From: an uncultured virus (IMG/VR IMGVR_UViG_3300021407_000014)
Taxonomy: Duplodnaviria > Heunggongvirae > Uroviricota > Caudoviricetes
Length of the DNA stretch: 20,000 nt
IMG/VR virus record: IMGVR_UViG_3300021407_000014
Reading direction: 5' to 3' (one strand)
Under the pieces are notes generated by a model, which saw only the letters and a list, made by a program, of their open reading frames with translations, made no database searches and was not told the DNA's origin. A program made the position numbers and the translations under genes. Below are positions 1 to 6,823 of the stretch, one piece after another (within the stretch, counting starts at the first letter, position 1; every line of letters starts with the position of its first letter).

Positions 1-273
1 CGGGTTGACCTTGCGTCCGCTCGTCGCTTCCGCGCGCGCCACGGCCTGCCGGAGCGCCCACGAGTTTTCCAGCGCGAGCGTCCGATAGGCGCACACGTCG
101 CTTACGTCGTCTCTGTCGGCCCACCCCTGGAAGACGATCGCCCCGTTCGGGCCGATGCCCACCCGCACCCGTCCCGCGCTCAAGTAGGTCTCAAGCCGCT
201 TGAGCGTGCGCTTGACCTCCGACATGCGATCCTGAAGTGTCTGCCCCCGGCGGGGCGTGCTCGTGCAAGGCAT
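1..273 (-). CDS. Hypothetical protein, third gene of the AAA operon; 3' end runs off the window
   Basis: Manual translation from ATG at 273: MPCTSTPRRGQTLQDRMSEVKRTLKRLETYLSAGRVRVGIGPNGAIVFQGWADRDDVSDVCAYRTLALENSWALRQAVARAEATSGRKVNP, open to position 1. It starts 4 nt after the stop of 278-1087 and is not in the ORF track. Confidence 0.75.
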   Translation of the reverse strand, partial: MPCTSTPRRGQTLQDRMSEVKRTLKRLETYLSAGRVRVGIGPNGAIVFQGWADRDDVSDVCAYRTLALENSWALRQAVARAEATSGRKVNP

Positions 274-277
274 GGCG

Positions 278-1087
278 TCACGCGTTCCCTTCCGGGACGT
301 TGGACGGGGAGTCAAAGTCGAAGTCGAACCGCTGCAAGTCGACCGCGGGAAGCGCGGGCTCGCTTGGGGCCGCGTGCTCGCCTTCTGTCACCTGCGCAGG
401 CTCCGGCGCGAGGTCCAAGAACGCGAACCGCGCTTTCTCCAGCGCGCCGCGCTGAATGTCGGCGAGCACGACCGCCGCGTCTTCGCCTTCTTTCTCGATT
501 CGCTTGACGATGACTCGCGCCGCCTTGCGCGCTTGCTCTACAGCTTCGCCCACGGCCTTGACTTGGTCCTCGCCGAGCATGGAACCAAGGCTCGCGGCCT
601 TGCTCGCGGCTTCCCGGATCTCGGCGACGTCAAGCTGCGCGATGCCGCGATCCATTGCGTCCAGGAGTGAGCGAACCTCGCCCGAGATAGCCCGCGCGGC
701 TTCCTCGTCGGTGCTCGCGATCCGCCCCTTGAGGCAGTAGATAGCCACGCGCGTGCACGTCGCGTTATCGTTGTGCTCCTCCACCATGGCGCGCGCCTTC
801 TTCACGGCTTCGTCAAGCTCAGACTCGCGGTCTTGGGGACAGATGAGCCCGAACGACGTAGCGGCCGCGAGCCCGCGAATCAGGCCAAGCGCCTTGCCGC
901 GCACCTTGACGGCCCGATCGTGCTCGGCGGGATCCACGATCACGCGAGTAGTTTCCCATCGCGCGACGCTCGCGCCGTTCGGGGTCTCGCTTCCCGCGTC
1001 CAAGTCAACCCGCTTGTATTCCACCCCGCCCGTAACGGTGGACTTGAGAGCTACCAGAATGCCCGGGCGAATGACGGTGGTTTTCAT
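278..1087 (-). CDS. Hypothetical 269-aa largely helical protein, downstream partner of the AAA ATPase
   Basis: Start re-assigned to ATG 1087 (MKTTVIRPGILVALKS...), which is preceded by GGAAAGGACCAAACC. The longer ORF-track version overlaps the ATPase gene. Ala/Glu/Arg-rich helical body and acidic tail. Confidence 0.85.
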   Translation of the reverse strand: MKTTVIRPGILVALKSTVTGGVEYKRVDLDAGSETPNGASVARWETTRVIVDPAEHDRAVKVRGKALGLIRGLAAATSFGLICPQDRESELDEAVKKARAMVEEHNDNATCTRVAIYCLKGRIASTDEEAARAISGEVRSLLDAMDRGIAQLDVAEIREAASKAASLGSMLGEDQVKAVGEAVEQARKAARVIVKRIEKEGEDAAVVLADIQRGALEKARFAFLDLAPEPAQVTEGEHAAPSEPALPAVDLQRFDFDFDSPSNVPEGNA

Positions 1088-1119
1088 GGTTTGGTCCTTT
1101 CCTAGTATGGTTCGTACGG

Positions 1120-2691
1120 TCAGATATCCAAGACGCGATTGCGTTGAGCCTCGACAGACTCCGGCGAGCTTGCGGGGCGCGCGCGTCCCTTGGCCCATTC
1201 GCGCAACGCTTGCAGCTTGTCCCCCGCGGTTTTGCTCAGGGGCACCACGGTTGCAGCGGCCGCGAGCAGGTCCCCTGTGGTCAAGCATCGCTCCCCGTCC
1301 GCGAACGCGGTGAACATGGCGTCCGGGACGAGCGCGGCGATCTCCGCCCCCGAGAATCCCGCGCACGCGCGCGCGACTTGCCCGACGTCAACGGGCGGCG
1401 CACCTACTTGGCCGTTCGCGAGAACGGGCGCCAGCGTCGCGCGCAAGACTTCGGCGCGCTCGCGCTCCGTGGGGAGGTCGACCCAAAAGACTTCGTCAAA
1501 GCGACCCTTGCGAAGTAGCTCGGGCGGAAGGCTTCGCACGTCGTTTGCTGTCGCGATGACAAAGACGGATCCCGTGCGTTCTTGCATCCACGACAGGATA
1601 ACTCCAAGCGCATCGGCGCTTACCCCGCCGTCCCCTTGCGGTCCCGTCGCGCCAGCCATGGCTTTTTCTATCTCGTCCACGTGAAGCACGCACGGCGAGA
1701 CTGTGTCGGCCACGGCGAGAGCCTTGCGGATGTTCCCCTCTGACTCGCCCACATACTTGGACTTGAGTGCTCCCATGTCGAGGCGCAACAGAGGGAAACC
1801 CCACGCGGTCGAAACACACTTGGCGGTGAGAGTCTTTCCCGTTCCGGGCGGACCGCAAAGGAGCATCCCCCGGGGAGCCGAAAGACCGTAGGCGCGAGCG
1901 CGAGGAGAAAAAGCAGACTTGCGCGTCATAAGCCAAGACTTCAGGAGATCCAGGCCTCCGATCGCGGACAACCCTCGCGGGTCGGGATCGTGCCAGGTGA
2001 GCACGCGTTCGCGAGCAATCACGCGCTTTTTCTCGCTGGCGACAAGCTTGGGGTCAATCGCGCCGCGCGTCTTCACGAGCGAAAGCGAGTAGCAGTTAGC
2101 GGCTTCCTCGGCCGACAGTCCCACAGCGGCATCGATCGCCGCGTCGCGCGTCCCGTTGGGCGCCGCGTTCGCGCGCTTGTCCTCGGGGAGGACTGACACA
2201 GCATCTTCGAGTAACTTCGCAATCTCCGCGCGGTCCGGAAGGGGGTACTCGAGCACAGTCGCATGTCCCGCTAGCTCGGGCGGAACGTCCCCCGAGGGGG
2301 AGAGCACGACGATCGCGCGCTGTTCTGTAAGCGGCGTCCCCTGAAGACTCCGCGCGAGGTTGCGCATGCTGCGAAGGACGATCGGGTCAAGCCACTTGTG
2401 AAGGTCGCGCAGCACGTAGACGTAGCGCTCGCGCGAGTCACGAATGAACGCCAGCATACCGGACGGGTCAGCTAGGCGCGCGTCCAGGATCTTGCCTAGT
2501 TCGTCCGTCATGCCTTGCGCGCAATCCCAGAACCGGACGGGGAGCTTTGCGGCCGCGCTCGCTTCGATGAGAGAGTTTTCGGCACGCTTCTCTTCGCGGG
2601 AAACGATCCAGAGAAGCGCATGCCGCGAGCGGAGTAGCGCGGTTATGTCTTGGTTCACGCGCGCGCCGCGCGTGAGAGAGTCGCTAGTCAT
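1120..2691 (-). CDS. AAA+ ATPase, Ycf46-like architecture (degenerate N-terminal AAA-like domain plus active C-terminal AAA domain)
   Basis: Walker A GPPGTGKT, pore loop KSKYVGESE, Walker B VLHVDEIEK, sensor-1 ATAN, Arg-finger region PPELLRKGRFDE, lid GFSGAEI, C-terminal LREWAKGRARPAS. Confidence 0.93.
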   Translation of the reverse strand: MTSDSLTRGARVNQDITALLRSRHALLWIVSREEKRAENSLIEASAAAKLPVRFWDCAQGMTDELGKILDARLADPSGMLAFIRDSRERYVYVLRDLHKWLDPIVLRSMRNLARSLQGTPLTEQRAIVVLSPSGDVPPELAGHATVLEYPLPDRAEIAKLLEDAVSVLPEDKRANAAPNGTRDAAIDAAVGLSAEEAANCYSLSLVKTRGAIDPKLVASEKKRVIARERVLTWHDPDPRGLSAIGGLDLLKSWLMTRKSAFSPRARAYGLSAPRGMLLCGPPGTGKTLTAKCVSTAWGFPLLRLDMGALKSKYVGESEGNIRKALAVADTVSPCVLHVDEIEKAMAGATGPQGDGGVSADALGVILSWMQERTGSVFVIATANDVRSLPPELLRKGRFDEVFWVDLPTERERAEVLRATLAPVLANGQVGAPPVDVGQVARACAGFSGAEIAALVPDAMFTAFADGERCLTTGDLLAAAATVVPLSKTAGDKLQALREWAKGRARPASSPESVEAQRNRVLDI

Positions 2692-2717
2692 TGCTTGGTC
2701 CTTTCTGAGACTATGAG

Positions 2718-2746
2718 AGTGTATGTCTCGCGTATCGCGAGGTCAA
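2718..2746 (-). promoter_or_regulatory. Sigma70-type promoter of the AAA operon, with a palindrome in the spacer
   Basis: Minus strand TTGACC-N17(TCGCGATACGCGAGACA)-TACACT. Confidence 0.8.
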
Positions 2747-2904
2747 TGGGTCAGCCAACCCAAGTAGACCCAAACGCCGCAAGGCCTCACGTATTCGTCA
2801 ACATGAGTAAAGCCAGAGACAACGCGATAGCGGTAGCTGTATCCCTGTTCCGCCATGGGGTGCACGTCGTGAACGGTCCATCCGAGGTTAGTTTTGCGGC
2901 TCAT
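2743..2904 (-). CDS. Small hypothetical protein (53 aa)
   Basis: MSRKTNLGWTVHDVHPMAEQGYSYRYRVVSGFTHVDEYVRPCGVWVYLGWLTH; ATGA overlap with the stop of 2901-3278; below the ORF-track cutoff. Confidence 0.55.
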   Translation of the reverse strand: MSRKTNLGWTVHDVHPMAEQGYSYRYRVVSGFTHVDEYVRPCGVWVYLGWLTH

Positions 2905-3278
2905 GGCTTGGCGAGCGCTTTCTCAAAGTGGTTTCGCAGAACGATGAACGTGTCGGCCGTCAACGAATCAGGCCATAAACCTCCCAGGCGTCCGCAGTAG
3001 TCAGCAACTTGGAGCATGCCTCGGATTGCTTCGTTGTCTCTGTCCTCGCGAATGCGATCGATCGTCCACACGATCGAGTCGTACAGCCACGCGGTGTAGC
3101 GTGTTTTCGCGTCTGCGTTTGCGCCGAACGTAAGGACTTGGTCCAAACGCTCGACTCCTAGCCGCTGCAAGCCTACCAACGCGTTGCGCTGGTAGCGTGC
3201 CCAATCGTCCGGGAAAGAGTGAGCGCTTGGCCCCGACGTCGGACGAGCCTGCTCTATCAGGTCAGAAACGGTTTGCAT
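2901..3278 (-). CDS. Hypothetical protein (125 aa), early region
   Basis: Start re-assigned to ATG 3278 (MQTVSDLIEQ...), directly after GGAAAGGACCAAACC. Confidence 0.8.
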   Translation of the reverse strand: MQTVSDLIEQARPTSGPSAHSFPDDWARYQRNALVGLQRLGVERLDQVLTFGANADAKTRYTAWLYDSIVWTIDRIREDRDNEAIRGMLQVADYCGRLGGLWPDSLTADTFIVLRNHFEKALAKP

Positions 3279-3352
3279 GGTTTGGTCCTTTCCTCTCATG
3301 AGCCGACCACGCCAGCGCACCCCCCTACGCTGGCGAACGTCGACGCGCGAGG

Positions 3353-3538
3353 CTAGCGAGCGCGAGTCGTAAAACCTTCGTACGCCCCGCGTATCCACTC
3401 CTTAGGATTCCCTTCGTCTTCCTCCGCGGAAGGGATGAACGAGTGAAGATCGGAGATGTAGACGTGCGCGCGCTTGGCGTACTTTCTGCCAAACGCGTAC
3501 CCGAGATCAAAGGATCTCTCTGTCGGATTGTTGCTCAT
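3353..3538 (-). CDS. Small hypothetical protein (61 aa), early region
   Basis: MSNNPTERSFDLGYAFGRKYAKR...WIRGAYEGF; ATG 3538 follows AGAAAGGACCAAGGCC. Confidence 0.75.
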   Translation of the reverse strand: MSNNPTERSFDLGYAFGRKYAKRAHVYISDLHSFIPSAEEDEGNPKEWIRGAYEGFTTRAR

Positions 3539-3577
3539 GGCCTTGGTCCTTTCTACTTCGTCCCCCCGACACCCAAC

Positions 3578-3630
3578 AATGTACGTCGCGCGTATCGCGG
3601 CGCTTGTCACCCAAACGGATGACACTCGGG
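3578..3630 (-). promoter_or_regulatory. Second copy of the early promoter/palindrome cassette (good -10, poor -35)
   Basis: Minus strand CCGCGATACGCGCGACG-TACATT; imperfect ~50-bp direct repeat of 3903-3957 including the TGACACTCGG tail. Confidence 0.6.
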
Positions 3631-3873
3631 TCCGGCCGGATGGAAGTCCCATCCCACCACGCCAGCGGTTTGCAGGTAGAGGCCCCCCGTGTGGTGCTTC
3701 CGTAGGATGGTGGTCGCCATTCCGTCAGGAGTGTAATAGAATCGTCCTACCTCCTCCGACCCCGACCACACGTCAGCAGGCACCGGGCCCGCGGCGATCG
3801 TGTAGGGGGATGGATTCGTCGCTTGAGGCTCGCGCTTGGCTCGCGGGGCCCGGCGCGCGTAGTAGCGTCGCAT
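3607..3873 (-). CDS. Hypothetical protein (88 aa), first gene of the early region
   Basis: ATG 3873 follows CGAAAGGACCAAGTCA; promoter immediately upstream. Confidence 0.75.
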   Translation of the reverse strand: MRRYYARRAPRAKREPQATNPSPYTIAAGPVPADVWSGSEEVGRFYYTPDGMATTILRKHHTGGLYLQTAGVVGWDFHPAGPECHPFG

Positions 3874-3902
3874 TGACTTGGTCCTTTCGTCCCCCAGGAA
3901 GA

Positions 3903-3931
3903 AACGTATGTCGCGCGTATCGCGGAGTCAA
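3903..3931 (-). promoter_or_regulatory. Sigma70-type early promoter with a palindrome in the spacer
   Basis: Minus strand TTGACT-N17(CCGCGATACGCGCGACA)-TACGTT. Confidence 0.78.
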
Positions 3932-3973
3932 GGCCACCCGTTCGGGTGACACTCGGCCGAGTGACGCTTCTTT

Positions 3974-4006
3974 TTCTCCACAAGTTATCCACAAGCACCC
4001 CCACAA
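3974..4006 (+). promoter_or_regulatory. DnaA-box cluster (candidate replication origin or DnaA-controlled site)
   Basis: TTATCCACA (3985-3993, perfect consensus), TTCTCCACA (3974-3982, 1 mismatch) and a degenerate ACCCCCACA (3997-4005), all co-oriented, in a divergent intergenic region. Confidence 0.55.
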
Positions 4007-4160
4007 TGCACCCTAAGTCATCGTGACACTTCCGCTCTAGTCCAGGGGGGCGCCCTAGTTTCGGCCCCTTTTGCGGGCCCTGTACGGCCCCAAGACGGTC
4101 AAGAACCGGGCCCGTCCACGTGTCACCCACGGGAGCACCGCGGGACCCCACGCGCCCCGC

Positions 4161-4189
4161 TTGGCGCGCGGCGCAAAGCGCGATAGCCT
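4161..4189 (+). promoter_or_regulatory. Putative promoter for a leaderless transcript
   Basis: TTGGCG-N17-TAGCCT, 7 nt before ATG 4197; no Shine-Dalgarno. Confidence 0.5.
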
Positions 4190-4196
4190 GCAAAAC

Positions 4197-4607
4197 ATGC
4201 AGAAAGAAGCGCTGTTATGGGCAGGTGCGGGGCTACTGGGTGGGCTTGTGGTCGGCGCCCTCGTCGGCGCGGCGCAAAGCTCCCCTGCCGTGGTCGGCGC
4301 CGAGGCGAATGCCGGTCTTCTCCAGAACGTGAGCGCCGGGGGGACCTTGCAGCCGTCCTGGATGTACTACTTGACCATGAACGGGCCCGGCGCATCCAAC
4401 GTGCAAAGCCTCGAAAGCTATCTGCAATCGCTAGGGTTCGTGGATGCCAGCTCGGGCGGCATCCCGCTGGTGACCTCGGTGTCGCCGACTCAGGCCACGG
4501 CGCTGGCGATCTACAGCGGCACGAGCCCCGGCGCGCTGCCGGCGAATACGTCGAACCTGGCCATCACAGCGTCCGGTTACCCCACGCCGAGCGTCCTAAG
4601 CGCTTAG
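4197..4607 (+). CDS. Membrane-anchored or exported protein (136 aa)
   Basis: Start re-assigned to ATG 4197 (MQKEALLWAGAGLLGGLVVGALVGAAQSS). N-terminal Gly-rich hydrophobic helix followed by a Ser/Ala/Gly-rich domain. Confidence 0.75.
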   Translation: MQKEALLWAGAGLLGGLVVGALVGAAQSSPAVVGAEANAGLLQNVSAGGTLQPSWMYYLTMNGPGASNVQSLESYLQSLGFVDASSGGIPLVTSVSPTQATALAIYSGTSPGALPANTSNLAITASGYPTPSVLSA

Positions 4608-4609
4608 AA

Positions 4610-5230
4610 CTACTTCAAACGTCTAGGATCTTTCACCATTACACCGACAATCAGGTCGGTGCTGCCGTACGGCCAACGAGCCAAGCCCCCCTCGCTGCGT
4701 AAGTGCGCCAGGGTGCGTGGTGCTCTCGTGGTCCCTATCTCGAGCGGAACCGACCGAGGACAGAGGGTATGCTTGGATGCGACCTGTTTGTTGTCGCGTA
4801 TTACTGTAGTAATTCCAACTATTTCGTCGTTCCACTTGAACCAACCGTCGCTGTCGCAAAGACCGTTGTAGACGGTCGCCGTGAAGAGCGGCTCAAGGCT
4901 CGATAGCACTTCGGCATTCCGCTGACGTGCCGAGTCAGCAAACGGCTCATCCCCGACTTCTACGTGAAAAAAGCACAATTCTCCTGACAACATATGGTCC
5001 CAAACACTGATGAAGCAGTAGGCGTCCTCGATGCTTGGCTCGTGTCCGCCCCAGCGCCTCGCATTGCACGGAGCTTGGAACACGAAGTCGACCATCTCCT
5101 CTGAATAGAAGCCTGATTTCAGCTTATTGCGGATGTCGTGAAGAAACTCGTAGCCGGAAATTCCGTCAGCCGAGTACTCGAGACAGAGTCTTTCGGCGCC
5201 TTTTATGGCTCCACGTTCCCAGACGTTCAC
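4610..5230 (-). CDS. Hypothetical protein (206 aa), lower GC, possibly PD-(D/E)xK-like fold
   Basis: GTG 5230 overlaps the recombinase stop (GTGA). Visibly more AT-rich than its flanks. Motifs DSDGWFKW...VPLEIGTT. Confidence 0.7.
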   Translation of the reverse strand: MNVWERGAIKGAERLCLEYSADGISGYEFLHDIRNKLKSGFYSEEMVDFVFQAPCNARRWGGHEPSIEDAYCFISVWDHMLSGELCFFHVEVGDEPFADSARQRNAEVLSSLEPLFTATVYNGLCDSDGWFKWNDEIVGITTVIRDNKQVASKHTLCPRSVPLEIGTTRAPRTLAHLRSEGGLARWPYGSTDLIVGVMVKDPRRLK

Positions 5231-6171
5231 AGCAACCCCGTCGCCGCGTTGTCGATGAAGAGCGAACCGTGCTCGATGTAGCCGCGCGCCACGGTCTCCG
5301 AGCGCCAACGGCCCTGTTTCATGATGGAAGCGGTCGATCTGCCCTTTGCCGCGGCGGAGGTCGCCAGGCCTCTCCTGAGGCTGTGAGCGCCGAAAAGCTT
5401 CTTGTCGCCGAGGCCAGCGCGCACGGCCGCGCGCTGTACGATGGTCGCGATAGCTCGGGGGGCCGGGAAAAGGCGCGCGCCTGGGGCGAGAGAGGCCATG
5501 TAGGCCTGCATCGTGCGCACAGGGCACCCTAAGTGATTGGAAGCGTACGGTATTCCTACCTCTGCCCCCCGGCCTTCCTGATCCATTTTCGACTTTCGAA
5601 CCAGGACGATCAGCCCTTCGGGGACGAACGAAAGGTCTGCGGGCTCGAGGGCAGAGAGCTCAGAGCGACGGAAAGCTCCAAACCACCCCACGAGCAGGAG
5701 CGCGCGCTCCTGGAGAGGCGCATCCTTGACCATCGAGAGGAGCTGTTCGGCCGAAATAGGCTTCTTTCCTGAGCGTTTGGAGCCTAGATCCTGCCGAATA
5801 GCCTTCATCGTCTTTCGGAGAGCCTCCGAGCGCGGGGGTTCGTGTCCGTTGGCCTCGTGGAAGTGCCAGATCCCCGAGAGGGCGCGCTCGATCGTGGAGA
5901 CCTTGCGTCCCTGTTCCGAGAGCCACTTCACGTAGGCGATGATCGTGAGAGGATGCGCCGGGAGCGAAGGGAGCCCCCGAGAGCTCGTCCAGGCCTGAAA
6001 CCCCTTCCAATCGGCCGCGTAAGCGCGCCGCGTGGCCTTGGGACCCCCTTTGCGCACTCTCTCGTCAGCTCGGGAGAGCAGGCCAGAGACCTCGAGAGCT
6101 GCCTCGGGGGCGATGGAAGCGTCGGTCGGAGCGACGAGAGCGAGGGGAGCGGGAGGGGGGTCGGAATGCAT
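5227..6171 (-). CDS. Tyrosine recombinase, Cre-like (core-binding plus catalytic domain)
   Basis: N-terminal ATRRAYAADWKGFQAW and KVSTIERALSGI; catalytic R (GAFRRSEL), K (KSKMDQ), HxxR (HSLRRG), W (GRWRS), Y (ARGYI). Confidence 0.95.
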   Translation of the reverse strand: MHSDPPPAPLALVAPTDASIAPEAALEVSGLLSRADERVRKGGPKATRRAYAADWKGFQAWTSSRGLPSLPAHPLTIIAYVKWLSEQGRKVSTIERALSGIWHFHEANGHEPPRSEALRKTMKAIRQDLGSKRSGKKPISAEQLLSMVKDAPLQERALLLVGWFGAFRRSELSALEPADLSFVPEGLIVLVRKSKMDQEGRGAEVGIPYASNHLGCPVRTMQAYMASLAPGARLFPAPRAIATIVQRAAVRAGLGDKKLFGAHSLRRGLATSAAAKGRSTASIMKQGRWRSETVARGYIEHGSLFIDNAATGLL

Positions 6172-6212
6172 GCTGATAAGCGCATACTATCGGCAAGCAA
6201 GGCGCCTGTGAA
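6171..6212 (-). promoter_or_regulatory. Recombinase promoter overlapped by an inverted repeat (candidate recombinase binding site)
   Basis: Minus strand TTCACA-N17-TAGTAT; TGCTGATA-N9-TATCGGCA (6171-6195, arms match 7 of 8). Confidence 0.55.
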
Positions 6213-6454
6213 GGCCTTCTCGTCGGCCGCGACCCGAACCCCCAGAACCTCGCGTGACTCGCCCCCCCCTGGGAGAGCCTCGAAAAGGGCCCCAGGTCAC
6301 GCGGGACGCGCGCAGCGCGCGCGGGAGCGCCCCCGACGCCCCCTCGAGAGCCACAATAGGCCGTCCGACGCCCTCTCGACGCCCTCTTTCGCTCTCGGAC
6401 CCTACCCTCTGCGACAGAATTCCGCCCTCGGGGCATCTAGGATAGGCTTGCAGC

Positions 6455-6628
6455 ATGCGCGCGCGCCCATCCGCCCCCCTTTCGACCGAAGAGAAGGCTC
6501 TCCTAGCCGGCGCGGCCGCTTTGGTGGGGGCCATCGTGGGGTACTGGGTCTTCGCGCCGAGCGCGCCGGTCGCGTCAGCGTCGACGAGCGCTCCCGCGGC
6601 GCCCCCCGGGGGCTACGCGCAGGCGTGA
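6455..6628 (+). CDS. Small single-pass membrane protein (57 aa), similar to the 11.7-14.2 kb family
   Basis: Manual translation MRARPSAPLSTEEKALLAGAAALVGAIVGYWVFAPSAPVASASTSAPAAPPGGYAQA; TAGGCT 6 nt upstream of the ATG; not in the ORF track. Confidence 0.75.
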   Translation: MRARPSAPLSTEEKALLAGAAALVGAIVGYWVFAPSAPVASASTSAPAAPPGGYAQA

Positions 6629-6780
6629 GCAACGAGCTGCGCAACGCGTGGGCACTGCGCCGCTGGGTGCTCTACCTCGCATGGCGCAGCGCGCGCCGAC
6701 GCTGTCTCTGGCGTTGGCTGACGCGCGACCTGCCGCGCATCCTCGACGATGACTATCCGGCCGCCAACATGAGCGACTGA
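6625..6780 (+). CDS. Small Trp/Arg-rich protein (51 aa)
   Basis: GTGA overlap with the upstream stop; MSNELRNAWALRRWVLYLAWRSARRRCLWRWLTRDLPRILDDDYPAANMSD. Confidence 0.55.
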   Translation: MSNELRNAWALRRWVLYLAWRSARRRCLWRWLTRDLPRILDDDYPAANMSD

Positions 6781-6786
6781 TCCGAC

Positions 6787-6815
6787 TTGCGATACACGCG
6801 ACGTGCGGCTAGAGT
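6787..6815 (+). promoter_or_regulatory. Promoter (near-leaderless) containing a variant of the shared palindrome-related motif
   Basis: TTGCGA-N17(TACACGCGACGTGCGGC)-TAGAGT, 8 nt before ATG 6824. Confidence 0.7.
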
Positions 6816-6823
6816 GAGCCGTC

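Noticed and set aside
3607..3873. MRRYYARR...TNP as another NP-family member
   Set aside because: No TM helix follows, and NP is not preceded by Arg at -2; probably coincidental.
1091..3957. Recurrent early-region repeats as a CRISPR array
   Set aside because: The repeats are 11 bp, irregularly spaced by whole genes and tied to promoters or start codons; no cas genes are present.
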